Below, in pieces: positions 1-8,529 of a stretch of DNA of 64,000 nt. The notes below the pieces were generated by a model that was not told the DNA's origin, did no database searches, and saw nothing but the letters and a program-made list of their open reading frames with translations. Each line of letters opens with the position of its first letter. Position 1 is the stretch's first letter. Location: positions 24,615-88,614 of the forward strand of contig QZIM01000006.1 in the NCBI GenBank assembly GCA_003599055.1. The letters run 5' to 3'. The position numbers were made by a program, and so were the translations under genes. Source of the stretch: Candidatus Woesearchaeota archaeon. Its GTDB lineage: Archaea > Nanobdellota > Nanobdellia > Woesearchaeales > ARS49.

Positions 1-604
1 CCGCAAACGAAACATCCATCCCCTTCACGCTGTACGGGAGCTCGACATACTTTCCTACCGCCAACTTTTCAACTTTCGGACCACCCGGAAAGCCAAGACC
101 AATTTCACGCGCAAACTTATCCAGCATATTGCCAAGCCCGACATCCAAGGTCTCACCAAACACGCGATACCTCCCACCGGAAAGCCCAATCACCTGCGTG
201 TTCGGGCCTGAAACGTACAGATACATCGGGTCTTTTGCCCCGCAAATCAAGTCACCGATGGTCAAATGACAAATACTGTGATTCACGCCAACAAGAGCAA
301 TATCGTGCTCTTTTGCAAGCGCTGCCGCGAAATTCTTTCCGACAATCAAACACGGAGCAAGACCCGGCGCAGCTGAATAAGAAATAAGGGAAATATCCTT
401 CCACGAGACGTTGGCCTTTTCCAGCGCTTCCTTTAGCACCACTTCCTTTATCTCTTCGTGATGCCTTGCCACATCAGACGGAATCATCCCGCCCTCACTT
501 GTCGTGAACTGGCGCTTTGCGTTTGCGAGAATTTTCCCATCAAACGTTACAATTCCCACGCCAAACGTGTGCGCGGTTGATTCGATACCAAGACAGAATT
601 TCAT
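1..604 (-). CDS. kae1: tRNA N6-adenosine threonylcarbamoyltransferase Kae1, N-terminal part (gene runs off the window start)
   Basis: My own minus-strand translation from the ATG at 604-602 gives MKFCLGIESTAHTFGVGIVTFDGKIL..., which is the Kae1/TsaD N-terminal signature. The frame stays open to position 1. It is absent from the ORF track because it is truncated. Confidence 0.8.
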   Translation of the reverse strand, partial: MKFCLGIESTAHTFGVGIVTFDGKILANAKRQFTTSEGGMIPSDVARHHEEIKEVVLKEALEKANVSWKDISLISYSAAPGLAPCLIVGKNFAAALAKEHDIALVGVNHSICHLTIGDLICGAKDPMYLYVSGPNTQVIGLSGGRYRVFGETLDVGLGNMLDKFAREIGLGFPGGPKVEKLAVGKYVELPYSVKGMDVSFA

Positions 605-1464
605 GCCTGATTCTTGCTCACCTTACTGCTCCAAAAAGACGGGAGCGGAACCGCAAGAAGCCCCTCGTATTCTGCGTCAAACACATAACAGTGCGCCTTT
701 CTTTGCGAAGAATCAACCTGGCTGATTGCCTTGTTTGCCGTCTGATAAAGGTCCTTCATCACGGAACGCTCCATCTTCTCCTGCAAAAGACTCCCTTCCT
801 TGAGCACAACCACGTCACAAAGGTTGAGCACGTTCTTATCAATCATACCCGTATTTTGGGTGATGAACAAAAGCGTGAGGTCCTTATGGCGCGCGATTGC
901 CAAAAGCCCCGCAAGGTCACGGTTCTCCTTTGCCATACTGTTTCGGCTGCCAAATGAAACCGCACCCTCGTCAACAAGAACAACACCGCCGTTCTTCACA
1001 TCTTCAAGACGCTCAATCGACTGAATCCACGCAGGCAGCATCCCCTGCTTTACGCCAAGCACAAAACACGGGCGCTTGGTCTTATCGTGCACGTTTTCCA
1101 TCAGGCGGAACCCGAGCACTGACTTGCCTGAACCTCTCCTGCCCGCAATTGCAACGATAAGACTCTCCTTGAGGAGGCGGTTTTCAAACGTTGTGAAGTC
1201 TCCTTTTACCGTGCTTGCGACCGCCGGCAACGCGTAGGTTGCGGGAGTTTTTGGCTGTTCACTCCTTATTTTTTGCTCTGCACGCGCACTTGAAACTGCC
1301 GACGCAGTCCTTGAAAAACCAGCAGAAATACCGCTGCCGATACCCCTGACAACCCACCAAACACCCTTGAATGTATAGACAACAGCCAGGCCGATTACAC
1401 GGCCAACGCCAATGCAACATTTTGCGAGAAAAGATTTACGGCGAGCCATAATTACCTTAGTCAT
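601..1464 (-). CDS. Membrane-anchored P-loop NTPase, family unassigned
   Basis: Walker A is AIAGRRGSGKS and Walker B is VVLVDEG. The N-terminus is hydrophobic (CCIGVGRVIGLAVVYTF..WWVV). I chose the start at MTKVIM (1464) because the longer ORF overlaps the upstream gene. The stop overlaps the kae1 ATG (ATGA). Confidence 0.7.
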   Translation of the reverse strand: MTKVIMARRKSFLAKCCIGVGRVIGLAVVYTFKGVWWVVRGIGSGISAGFSRTASAVSSARAEQKIRSEQPKTPATYALPAVASTVKGDFTTFENRLLKESLIVAIAGRRGSGKSVLGFRLMENVHDKTKRPCFVLGVKQGMLPAWIQSIERLEDVKNGGVVLVDEGAVSFGSRNSMAKENRDLAGLLAIARHKDLTLLFITQNTGMIDKNVLNLCDVVVLKEGSLLQEKMERSVMKDLYQTANKAISQVDSSQRKAHCYVFDAEYEGLLAVPLPSFWSSKVSKNQA

Positions 1465-2251
1465 ATGCCCCGCGCCTAAACTCACGGGCGGCAATAATAT
1501 ACTTTCCCCCCTGCTCAACCGGACAATTGGGATGCTCACTAGGAGGATTGCACCAATTCCACGTCAATTCAGCAGTGACCGAAGATAAGTCATCAAGCGT
1601 CCGGTCAAGAACCAACACGGCTGCCTCCTCATAAATTCCAGTCAGAAAATGCAACAGATGCTTCTCAAATGCACGTGCACCCATCTCTTCAGGAGCCTCC
1701 CCTTCGGGCCGAGTTGTCAGCCGTATATAGACCGGGACCACACCTTCAACAGTGTCGTCAGTCAACGGATTCTGCACGTTTAAGAAGTAGTCCAGACTTT
1801 TTCGCATTGCGTACGGAGTGCACAACCTGTCCTCAACCGCAGACTGCAATTCCTCAATACGGTCCTCAAACACAGAACGAGCGGCATCGTGCTCATCCCC
1901 TTCAGGAAACAAATCGGTAAGTGCAAGAAGGTTCGGCCAAGCATCCAACGACTCGCTTCGGTCTGCAATTCGAACAAACCGACCGTCTTTGATATAGCCA
2001 TACACCATTGAATGTCCCTGATCCTCATTGTCGCACATCTCGCCCACAACCGCAGCAACCCTCTTGGGCAAACGGCCATACAAACTCGGCGTCTTATTTT
2101 GAGCTTTCGCCATCGCTAATTTTGTTAAGCCTTCTTTATCAGACACATTAAATATATTGATTTCCGGACACTCATCCGGATACTGTTCAAGAGCATCCTC
2201 AAGATTTATCATACGCAAACCACGCTCCTCATGCTTGTTTTCTTCCCTCAT
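1457..2251 (-). CDS. Hypothetical acidic protein
   Basis: Clean 264-aa ORF rich in Asp and Glu with no recognisable motif. Its stop overlaps the downstream ATPase start by 8 nt (ATGACTAA). Confidence 0.55.
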   Translation of the reverse strand: MREENKHEERGLRMINLEDALEQYPDECPEINIFNVSDKEGLTKLAMAKAQNKTPSLYGRLPKRVAAVVGEMCDNEDQGHSMVYGYIKDGRFVRIADRSESLDAWPNLLALTDLFPEGDEHDAARSVFEDRIEELQSAVEDRLCTPYAMRKSLDYFLNVQNPLTDDTVEGVVPVYIRLTTRPEGEAPEEMGARAFEKHLLHFLTGIYEEAAVLVLDRTLDDLSSVTAELTWNWCNPPSEHPNCPVEQGGKYIIAAREFRRGAYD

Positions 2252-2300
2252 AAAGGGCTTTTCGGAAGAAGACAGTTAAAAATGTTTCCCTTAAGAGTGA

Positions 2301-4454
2301 CTATTTTTTGCTCACTGCCGATTCCAAAACCTGCTCAAATTCCCTGAGCTTCGGGCAATTGCTGAGCTTGTCCAATGCGGCAGAAACGGCCTTTGCGTCA
2401 AAAGTCTTTCTCCGGCCCACCTTTGCATTAATGAGCGCAACAAGCCCCTCTTCGAAATCAGAATCAATATCGCCGCACAGCGGAGCCAACGCTTTTAGAA
2501 TCTTGTCCATCTTCGGCGCAAGTTCGTCCGACTTGCCCAACTTCATAAGCGCAGTTGCCTTTCCAAAATAAGACTTGTCGCCTTGGCACAACTTCTTTCT
2601 GGAATCACGAATAAGCTTAATACACTTTTTCAGACCTTCTTTCTTTGCATCCTGCGCCAAATTTGCATCCCGCAAAAGACCTCTTGCATTTACCACCTGC
2701 GCGGCAATTTTAAGAACCAGCTCGTGCATTCCCGCAGAATCAACAATACCGATACCTACCGCACCCGCATAAACGCCCTTCTGCCGCTTCACCACTGCAT
2801 TTGTGCGCTCGCGCGCCTTCTTCTCAACCTTCTCGTATTCAACAACCTTGCCCTGCGCGCCCTTGAGCAGCTCTTCGAGCCTTGCCAAATCAACCGAGCA
2901 ACCTTCAAGCTTGCCCGACTCTTCCAAAATCCAGCGAACAGTCAATTCAACGCCGCGATGGACTTCCTGCAAAACCTCGCCGCGGCGCGCGCCAGCCTCG
3001 CCAAGCTGACCCAAGAGTTCTGACACGCGCTTTACCTGCGCATCAAGACCAGCAATACCCTCACCACCCTTGAGCTCATCGAGCTTTCTCGCGTGCTCCC
3101 GCATCTCATCAAGCATACCCGCAATACCAAGCACAATACCCTGCATCTGCTCGCGCATCGGCTCAAGGTCATTATTAATCGACGCTGCAAGAACATCGAG
3201 CTCTTCCTGAATTTCCGTTTTGAGTGCTGCCTGAATCGCCGCTGACTGCGCCTCAACCGCCTGCCTGATACGCTCATCACGCTCACGCATTTCCGTAATT
3301 GACGCCGTAATCAGCGACCCTTGCGCATTCACCCTTTCAAGAATAGGCCTTAACTTTTGGTCATCGAGTGTCTTGAGCTCCGCAAGAACACCCTGCACTT
3401 CCGCAGAAGTTGCCGACTTCGTTAACCGTGACTCAACATTCTTCAAGTGCGCATTCACCGCGGCAAAACGGGCAACATTTGCAACGGTACCATCCGCGAG
3501 CGCCTGATTAACCGCCGCAAGTTCAGTTTTGAGTGAAGACATTCCGTCCGAAACATCCCTCTTAATTCCTGCACTAAGCGCGGTTAGCCCGTCAACTTTT
3601 GTACTAACCCTGTCAATATCGCGCAACACCAGAGGAAATTGCCTTGTGCACTCATCACGAAGTTGTTCCGTGAGCACGTTGCCCGCCTTCACTTCTGCAA
3701 TGACCGCCGCCTGCACTGCGTCCAAATCCGCCTTCACCGCGGCAGCAACTTTTGCCGGAGATTCAGTGAAACCTTTCTCTATTTCGGTTCGCACGGCATC
3801 CTGCGCGGTCTTGAGGTCAAGAATAGAATCTTCCACTGCCTTTTGGCGGGTGCCGAGGTCCTTCACTTCAGTTGTGAGATTTGAGAATTCACCGGTGATT
3901 CGCGCAGTCTCCGTTAACACCGGCCGCACTTCATTTGTCACAAAATTCTGAAAGTTCGGCCATTCACTTGTACGCCATCGCTCGAGCTCAGCAGTTCTTG
4001 CGCTTATTTGCTGAACACTTGCGCCGATTGGATTGATGAGGTTTTCCATCGCCGTCCTAAACTGGTCAAGCATCCTGCCCCACTGCCGAATACCCTGTAA
4101 CATCCGCGCAAGCGCGGTGCGCAAATTACTGATTTCCGCACGGGCGTGATTCACATCCGTATGCACGTGCTGCACTGCCTGATCGAGCCTGTCAAAACGC
4201 TGTTCGATTTGCTGAATTGCAGCAGCGCTCGCCGCCGCGGGAGCCGCGCCGCCCCTGAAATGACGAGCAATCCAAACCATTCCCGCAAGGAAAAGGCCGA
4301 TAAATGCAAGCGAGAAGAGCGATAGAATGATTTCATCAAGCGCGCCGCGCGTTTGAGTCCCCATACTGCGCATCCCGAGCGCAAACATAAGACCGACGAT
4401 TATTGCAATAGGAACAGTAATGTGCAAAAACTGGCGAGGAGGCCTTGGTGTCAT
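2301..4454 (-). CDS. Large membrane-anchored coiled-coil protein (717 aa)
   Basis: Two N-terminal hydrophobic helices (ITVPIAIIVGLMFAL and LFSLAFIGLFLAGMVWIA). They are followed by about 600 aa of A/E/L/Q/R-rich, heptad-like sequence. The ATGA junction overlaps the upstream gene. Confidence 0.65.
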   Translation of the reverse strand: MTPRPPRQFLHITVPIAIIVGLMFALGMRSMGTQTRGALDEIILSLFSLAFIGLFLAGMVWIARHFRGGAAPAAASAAAIQQIEQRFDRLDQAVQHVHTDVNHARAEISNLRTALARMLQGIRQWGRMLDQFRTAMENLINPIGASVQQISARTAELERWRTSEWPNFQNFVTNEVRPVLTETARITGEFSNLTTEVKDLGTRQKAVEDSILDLKTAQDAVRTEIEKGFTESPAKVAAAVKADLDAVQAAVIAEVKAGNVLTEQLRDECTRQFPLVLRDIDRVSTKVDGLTALSAGIKRDVSDGMSSLKTELAAVNQALADGTVANVARFAAVNAHLKNVESRLTKSATSAEVQGVLAELKTLDDQKLRPILERVNAQGSLITASITEMRERDERIRQAVEAQSAAIQAALKTEIQEELDVLAASINNDLEPMREQMQGIVLGIAGMLDEMREHARKLDELKGGEGIAGLDAQVKRVSELLGQLGEAGARRGEVLQEVHRGVELTVRWILEESGKLEGCSVDLARLEELLKGAQGKVVEYEKVEKKARERTNAVVKRQKGVYAGAVGIGIVDSAGMHELVLKIAAQVVNARGLLRDANLAQDAKKEGLKKCIKLIRDSRKKLCQGDKSYFGKATALMKLGKSDELAPKMDKILKALAPLCGDIDSDFEEGLVALINAKVGRRKTFDAKAVSAALDKLSNCPKLREFEQVLESAVSKK

Positions 4455-4810
4455 GGACTAAAATGCGCCTCCACATATTTGTCAATGAACGACCACGTCA
4501 AAAGCCCGACCCAAGCGCCGATAAAGAGCGGCAAAACCCAGCCCCCCATCAACTCGCGAATCGGCCACTGGCGGGCAACCAAGATTGCGATTGCAAGACC
4601 GAAAAGCTGCCCGACACGCTCATCATACGTTTTTCTTGGCGCAGTAGCCCCTGCCGCGTGCGTTCCCCCGCCGAACATATTGGCCTTTTTTGCCGCAGCG
4701 CCAAAGAGCGGAATGAACACGATAGCATAGATGAAAAGCCCGTTCATAAAGTCAAGAAGTACGCCGAAGGCGAGTTCACTAATACGAGTCCACGAGCTTG
4801 GAAGTGCCAT
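4451..4810 (-). CDS. Small integral membrane protein
   Basis: 119-aa ORF with about three hydrophobic segments. It is the first gene of the co-directional overlapping operon. A TATA-like TATTTAAAAA lies about 38 nt upstream. Confidence 0.55.
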   Translation of the reverse strand: MALPSSWTRISELAFGVLLDFMNGLFIYAIVFIPLFGAAAKKANMFGGGTHAAGATAPRKTYDERVGQLFGLAIAILVARQWPIRELMGGWVLPLFIGAWVGLLTWSFIDKYVEAHFSP

Positions 4811-4886
4811 AATCCTCTTTTCCTGATAATCAGAGATTGGCTCTTTTTAAATAGGTTTCGGCAGTCGTCCGACGGGAAGCGAAAAG

Positions 4887-4896
4887 CTTAAATATT
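4887..4896 (+). promoter_or_regulatory. TATA box (CTTAAATATT) for the gene starting at 4918
   Basis: Centred about 26 nt upstream of the ATG at 4918. An identical decamer is repeated at 5445-5454 upstream of the paralogue. Confidence 0.6.
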
Positions 4897-4917
4897 AACC
4901 ATTGTTAAGTGGTAACT

Positions 4918-5421
4918 ATGCCTCCAGCAACACCCCCTCCCGCACCAGGACCAGGTCCCGCGCCAGCAGCACCCGCAGCAGGCGGAACTTCCCCCTCACC
5001 CTCAGGAATCACCCTTGGCAAAGTCGTCGGCATCCTAGCCGGCGCAACAGTTGCCCTTGGAATGATGAGCGCAGCATCCCCGCAAGGACCCCTTTATCGC
5101 GGACCTGCAAGCGAAAGCGCACGCGAAGCATACCGACATAACGACGGAGCATACCGCGTGCGCGAAGAAAACGGCACCTATGTTCTTGAAGTGACCCTTG
5201 GCAACAGAACACGCACCTTTGAAATCAGCGAGCGAAACTACAACCGCCTCGAAGGCAACCTCTTCGAATACCAGGGACGAACAGGAATCACCCTCACCGA
5301 AGGCGACCTTGCGCACGCCATCAGCTTGCTTGACACCGACCACAACAGAACCATCAGCGACCGAGAACTTGACCCGATTCGCAACGTGCTTTATGAAGTC
5401 ACGCACCGGCGCCAAGACTGA
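4918..5421 (+). CDS. Membrane-anchored EF-hand protein with a Pro/Ala-rich N-terminus
   Basis: EF-hand loop DTDHNRTISDRE at 5332-5367. TM segment VVGILAGATVALGMM. I moved the start to the ATG at 4918 (the track gives GTG 4909) on the basis of TATA spacing. Confidence 0.65.
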   Translation: MPPATPPPAPGPGPAPAAPAAGGTSPSPSGITLGKVVGILAGATVALGMMSAASPQGPLYRGPASESAREAYRHNDGAYRVREENGTYVLEVTLGNRTRTFEISERNYNRLEGNLFEYQGRTGITLTEGDLAHAISLLDTDHNRTISDRELDPIRNVLYEVTHRRQD

Positions 5422-5444
5422 ATTTTTGATTCTTGAGCGAAACG

Positions 5445-5454
5445 CTTAAATATT
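5445..5454 (+). promoter_or_regulatory. TATA box (CTTAAATATT) for the gene starting at 5475
   Basis: Centred about 25 nt upstream of the ATG at 5475. Same decamer as 4887-4896. Confidence 0.6.
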
Positions 5455-5474
5455 GGAACTACTGAACAGTAGTT

Positions 5475-5822
5475 ATGGTCAACGTTTTCCACTATCTCAA
5501 AGCCACTGCCGCCAGCATCGCCTGCGCAACACTTCTTGGCTGCGGCGACCCGAAACAATACGAAACAAAGACCGGAACTGACACGACCACCATTACGACC
5601 CGCTCAGGCAGCATTGAACAAAACTACGAAATGACCCCTGAGACACACTCCAGATTCCAACGCATGGTTGCAGACTACCAGGTCCGCAAAGGAGTCCGCA
5701 TCAGCGAAAGACAGCTCGCAAACGCAGTCGTTCGCCTTGACGCAGACTTTAACGGAACCGTCAGCCCGCAAGAAGCAGCACAGACAAACCTTGAGCGCGT
5801 CCTTGACGAAGTCACCCGATAA
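5475..5822 (+). CDS. Putative lipoprotein with a canonical EF-hand loop (paralogue of 4918..5421)
   Basis: Lipobox-like ATLLGCG. EF-hand loop DADFNGTVSPQE at 5739-5774. The C-terminal roughly 60 aa are co-linear with the upstream gene. Confidence 0.65.
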   Translation: MVNVFHYLKATAASIACATLLGCGDPKQYETKTGTDTTTITTRSGSIEQNYEMTPETHSRFQRMVADYQVRKGVRISERQLANAVVRLDADFNGTVSPQEAAQTNLERVLDEVTR

Positions 5823-6474
5823 GAATTCGGCGCGCCTCAAACATATGATACGCGGCAAACTTCTCCTTCCCAAGCCGCTCGTACATATCGCCTAACGCAA
5901 CGTGCGCCTTTCTCAACAGGCGCGCATCAGCAGGATTTGCCGCAACCAACTTTAACATATGCGCGGCAAGCGCATCCGCATACTTCTTTTGTTTTATGCG
6001 ATAAAGAGTCGGAACCCATACTGCCGCCACTTTGAGGCGCAATTCTTTTTCACCCGCCCGCGCAAACATTGACTTTTTCATCGCCGCACCCGCATACTGC
6101 GCGCCAGGAAGCCGCCAATACCACGGCAGTGTTGCAAGATAGGCCTTTTCAAGAAACTCGTGCGCCTGAACATTCGCGCCTGATGCAGCCATCCGCTTCC
6201 CATACTCAAACCACTGCGCAGCATACGAGGCGTCTTCCTTTACCGGTCCAAGCACGTTCACTAATGAGTCCATCTCGCGATAGCGCGCACCGATTTTGCG
6301 TAGCGATGCATAAATTACGTCACCCCCTGCAGGCGGAAATTCCCGCAGCGTTCCATTCTCAAACGCCTCAACATCCCTTGCCACCTGCTGCAAACGCGCC
6401 TCCAAATCAAGCGCGCGCTCAAGATTTTTCCGCGCGACATCACGCGCTGCCTGCAATTCAACTGCTTCGTCCAT
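5812..6474 (-). CDS. Hypothetical helical protein
   Basis: 220-aa ORF with plausible composition and no motif recognised. Convergent 11-nt overlap with 5475..5822. Confidence 0.5.
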   Translation of the reverse strand: MDEAVELQAARDVARKNLERALDLEARLQQVARDVEAFENGTLREFPPAGGDVIYASLRKIGARYREMDSLVNVLGPVKEDASYAAQWFEYGKRMAASGANVQAHEFLEKAYLATLPWYWRLPGAQYAGAAMKKSMFARAGEKELRLKVAAVWVPTLYRIKQKKYADALAAHMLKLVAANPADARLLRKAHVALGDMYERLGKEKFAAYHMFEARRILIG

Positions 6475-6604
6475 ACTCCCACTTGGTCACGCGTGCCTTT
6501 TCAAACCTTTCGCACCAAAACCAAGAAAGATTCCGATGATAGTCGAAAACCTTCCCGAAAATTCAGCGCAAGCTATGTAAAGCAAAAAAAGCACACTCGA
6601 ACCC

Positions 6605-7477
6605 ATGAAACACCCCTACGAACACACCACCATTGCAGGATACACCAACCTCACCCTCATCGCACGCGCGCCAAGCGTGAACGGCCACCTCCTTTGCGGA
6701 ACGAACAACCTTGGCGCCCGGCGCGCAATAAAAATAGGAGCGAGCGGAGCCGAAGACAAAATCACGCACGAAGCACGAACACTTGCCGCACTCAACCACC
6801 CGCACATCACCCCCTACATTGCACACGGAACCCACCACGACTCGCCGTACTTTATCACGGCAGCTCACGGACAAAGCCTTGCCGAACGAACAAAAACGCA
6901 ACCCCTCTACCCGCAGGAAACGCTCCGCATCGCGCGCCACATCCTTTCCGCCCTTGACCACGCACACACCCACGGCATCATCCACTGCGACATCAAGCCC
7001 GCACACATCCTCGAAACCAACACCACCCACGCCCTTTGCGACTTTGGCAACGCAAACACCCCTTGCGACCTTGAACACAGCCTTGCCTCTGACAACCCCT
7101 TCCTTGGCAGCGCACCCTATATGAGCCCTGCCCAACAACGCGGCGAAAAACCAATCCCAAAATTCGACCTCCACGCACTCGGTACCACGCTCTACTCCGC
7201 ACTTACCCGCGCCATTCCCGCCCACCCGTACCAAAAACCCTGCGCACACGAGCCGCTTGCAAAACTTATTGACCGCCTCATCCACGAACACGGATACACC
7301 CACGCACGAGAAGCACTTGACGACCTTGCAAAACTCGACCGCCTGCAGGAAAAAGCGCTTGCGGAAGAAAACACCCTGCTTCGCGAGCGCATCACCAAGA
7401 CATCAAAAGAAACTGCAATACACTGGATTGGCTATGCTGCAGCAGGAGCTGCCGCGCTCACCCATCTCCTTCGCTAA
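6605..7477 (+). CDS. Hanks-type Ser/Thr protein kinase with a C-terminal membrane anchor
   Basis: Motifs seen: AIK lysine, catalytic loop HCDIKPAHIL, DFG (CDFGNA), an APE-like SAPYMSP, and a C-terminal hydrophobic tail IGYAAAGAAALTHLL. Confidence 0.8.
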   Translation: MKHPYEHTTIAGYTNLTLIARAPSVNGHLLCGTNNLGARRAIKIGASGAEDKITHEARTLAALNHPHITPYIAHGTHHDSPYFITAAHGQSLAERTKTQPLYPQETLRIARHILSALDHAHTHGIIHCDIKPAHILETNTTHALCDFGNANTPCDLEHSLASDNPFLGSAPYMSPAQQRGEKPIPKFDLHALGTTLYSALTRAIPAHPYQKPCAHEPLAKLIDRLIHEHGYTHAREALDDLAKLDRLQEKALAEENTLLRERITKTSKETAIHWIGYAAAGAAALTHLLR

Positions 7478-7680
7478 ACATCCTGCTTTTGCAAGCCCGC
7501 AACGATAAGAACCGCAATCGCAAGAAGCGCAGCCATAACGCTAAGAACAGTCCCGTTCGTTACCGGCACATTCGCGCCCGATGCCTGACCGGTAAGACCC
7601 CCGCCAAGAAGACCCACCCCAAGAACTGCCGCAAACACAAGAACAATAATCCAAACACCAGCACCTTTCATTCGCGTCAC
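7474..7680 (-). CDS. Small 2-TM membrane protein
   Basis: 68 aa with two clear hydrophobic helices. Coding status rests only on the ORF and its hydrophobicity pattern. Confidence 0.4.
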   Translation of the reverse strand: MTRMKGAGVWIIVLVFAAVLGVGLLGGGLTGQASGANVPVTNGTVLSVMAALLAIAVLIVAGLQKQDV

Positions 7681-7760
7681 CTTTTTCTTCCCTGAACATT
7701 CAGCATTATAAAATAATTGCTATCCAAAACTATATAAAGCCACGTGCTTTCGACAACACC

Positions 7761-8480
7761 ATGCCAAAAGAGGGAAACCGCAGCACACTTAAGAAAAAAA
7801 TAAAAGCAAAAACCGTCATCGTCGGATTCCCAGGATTCGGCCTTGTCAGCACCATTGCCACCGGATTTCTCATCGACCACCTCAAATGCGAACAAATCGG
7901 CAAACACTGGTTTGAAGAAGGAGTCCCCACCCTTGCAATCCACAACTGCACCCTCGTCGACCCCATCGGAATCTATTACAACAAAAAACACGACGTCGTC
8001 ATCATCCACAGCATCGCACCCGTCCACGGGCTCGAATGGAAAACCGCAGACTTAGTCCTTGACATCGCACGACAGGTCGGCGCAGGAGAAATACTGACCA
8101 CCGAAGGCGTCGGCAGCCAAGCACCCGAAACCCGCGGGTTCTTCTACACCTCAAACCCCACCCACCGCAAAAACTTTGAAAAAATCGGCATCGAATGCCT
8201 CGGTGAAGGAATCGTCGTCGGCATCAGCTCCGCACTCCTGATGAAAGCAGAAGACACCGACGTGTGCTGCCTCTTTGCCGAAACACACTCCCAACTCCCC
8301 GACAGCAAGGCCGCAGCGAAAATCATCGAAATGCTCGACCAATATCTCGGACTCGACGTTGACTACGAACCCCTTCTGAAACAGGCAGCAGCATTTGAAA
8401 CCAAACTGCGCGGCATCATCGACCAGGCAAGCAAAGCCAAAGAAGAAAAGGACAAGAAACAGATAAGTTATGTCGGCTGA
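7761..8480 (+). CDS. PAC2-family proteasome assembly chaperone
   Basis: N-terminal VIVGFPGFGLVSTIATGFLIDHL is typical of archaeal PAC2/PbaA-like proteins. Length is 239 aa. Confidence 0.7.
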   Translation: MPKEGNRSTLKKKIKAKTVIVGFPGFGLVSTIATGFLIDHLKCEQIGKHWFEEGVPTLAIHNCTLVDPIGIYYNKKHDVVIIHSIAPVHGLEWKTADLVLDIARQVGAGEILTTEGVGSQAPETRGFFYTSNPTHRKNFEKIGIECLGEGIVVGISSALLMKAEDTDVCCLFAETHSQLPDSKAAAKIIEMLDQYLGLDVDYEPLLKQAAAFETKLRGIIDQASKAKEEKDKKQISYVG

Positions 8481-8529
8481 TTATCCCAATCCAGTCACCA
8501 ATTCATTATTTGAAGCGTAAAAGGAAATC

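Noticed and set aside
6563-7303. 246-aa minus-strand ORF opposite the kinase gene. Similar long antisense ORFs lie at 13485..14330, 15617..16159, 15912..16613, 16430..17116, 43807..44361, 44917..45744, 46115..46753, 51095..51871 and 59773..60336.
   Set aside because: All of them overlap genes with clear family motifs on the other strand. Their Gly/Val/Cys/Phe/Arg-rich composition is characteristic of the strand bias. They are shadow ORFs.
7677-8027. 116-aa minus-strand ORF rich in Asp/Val/Phe, overlapping the PAC2 gene start
   Set aside because: It is antisense to a gene with a clear PAC2 signature and has no motif. I treat it as a shadow ORF.
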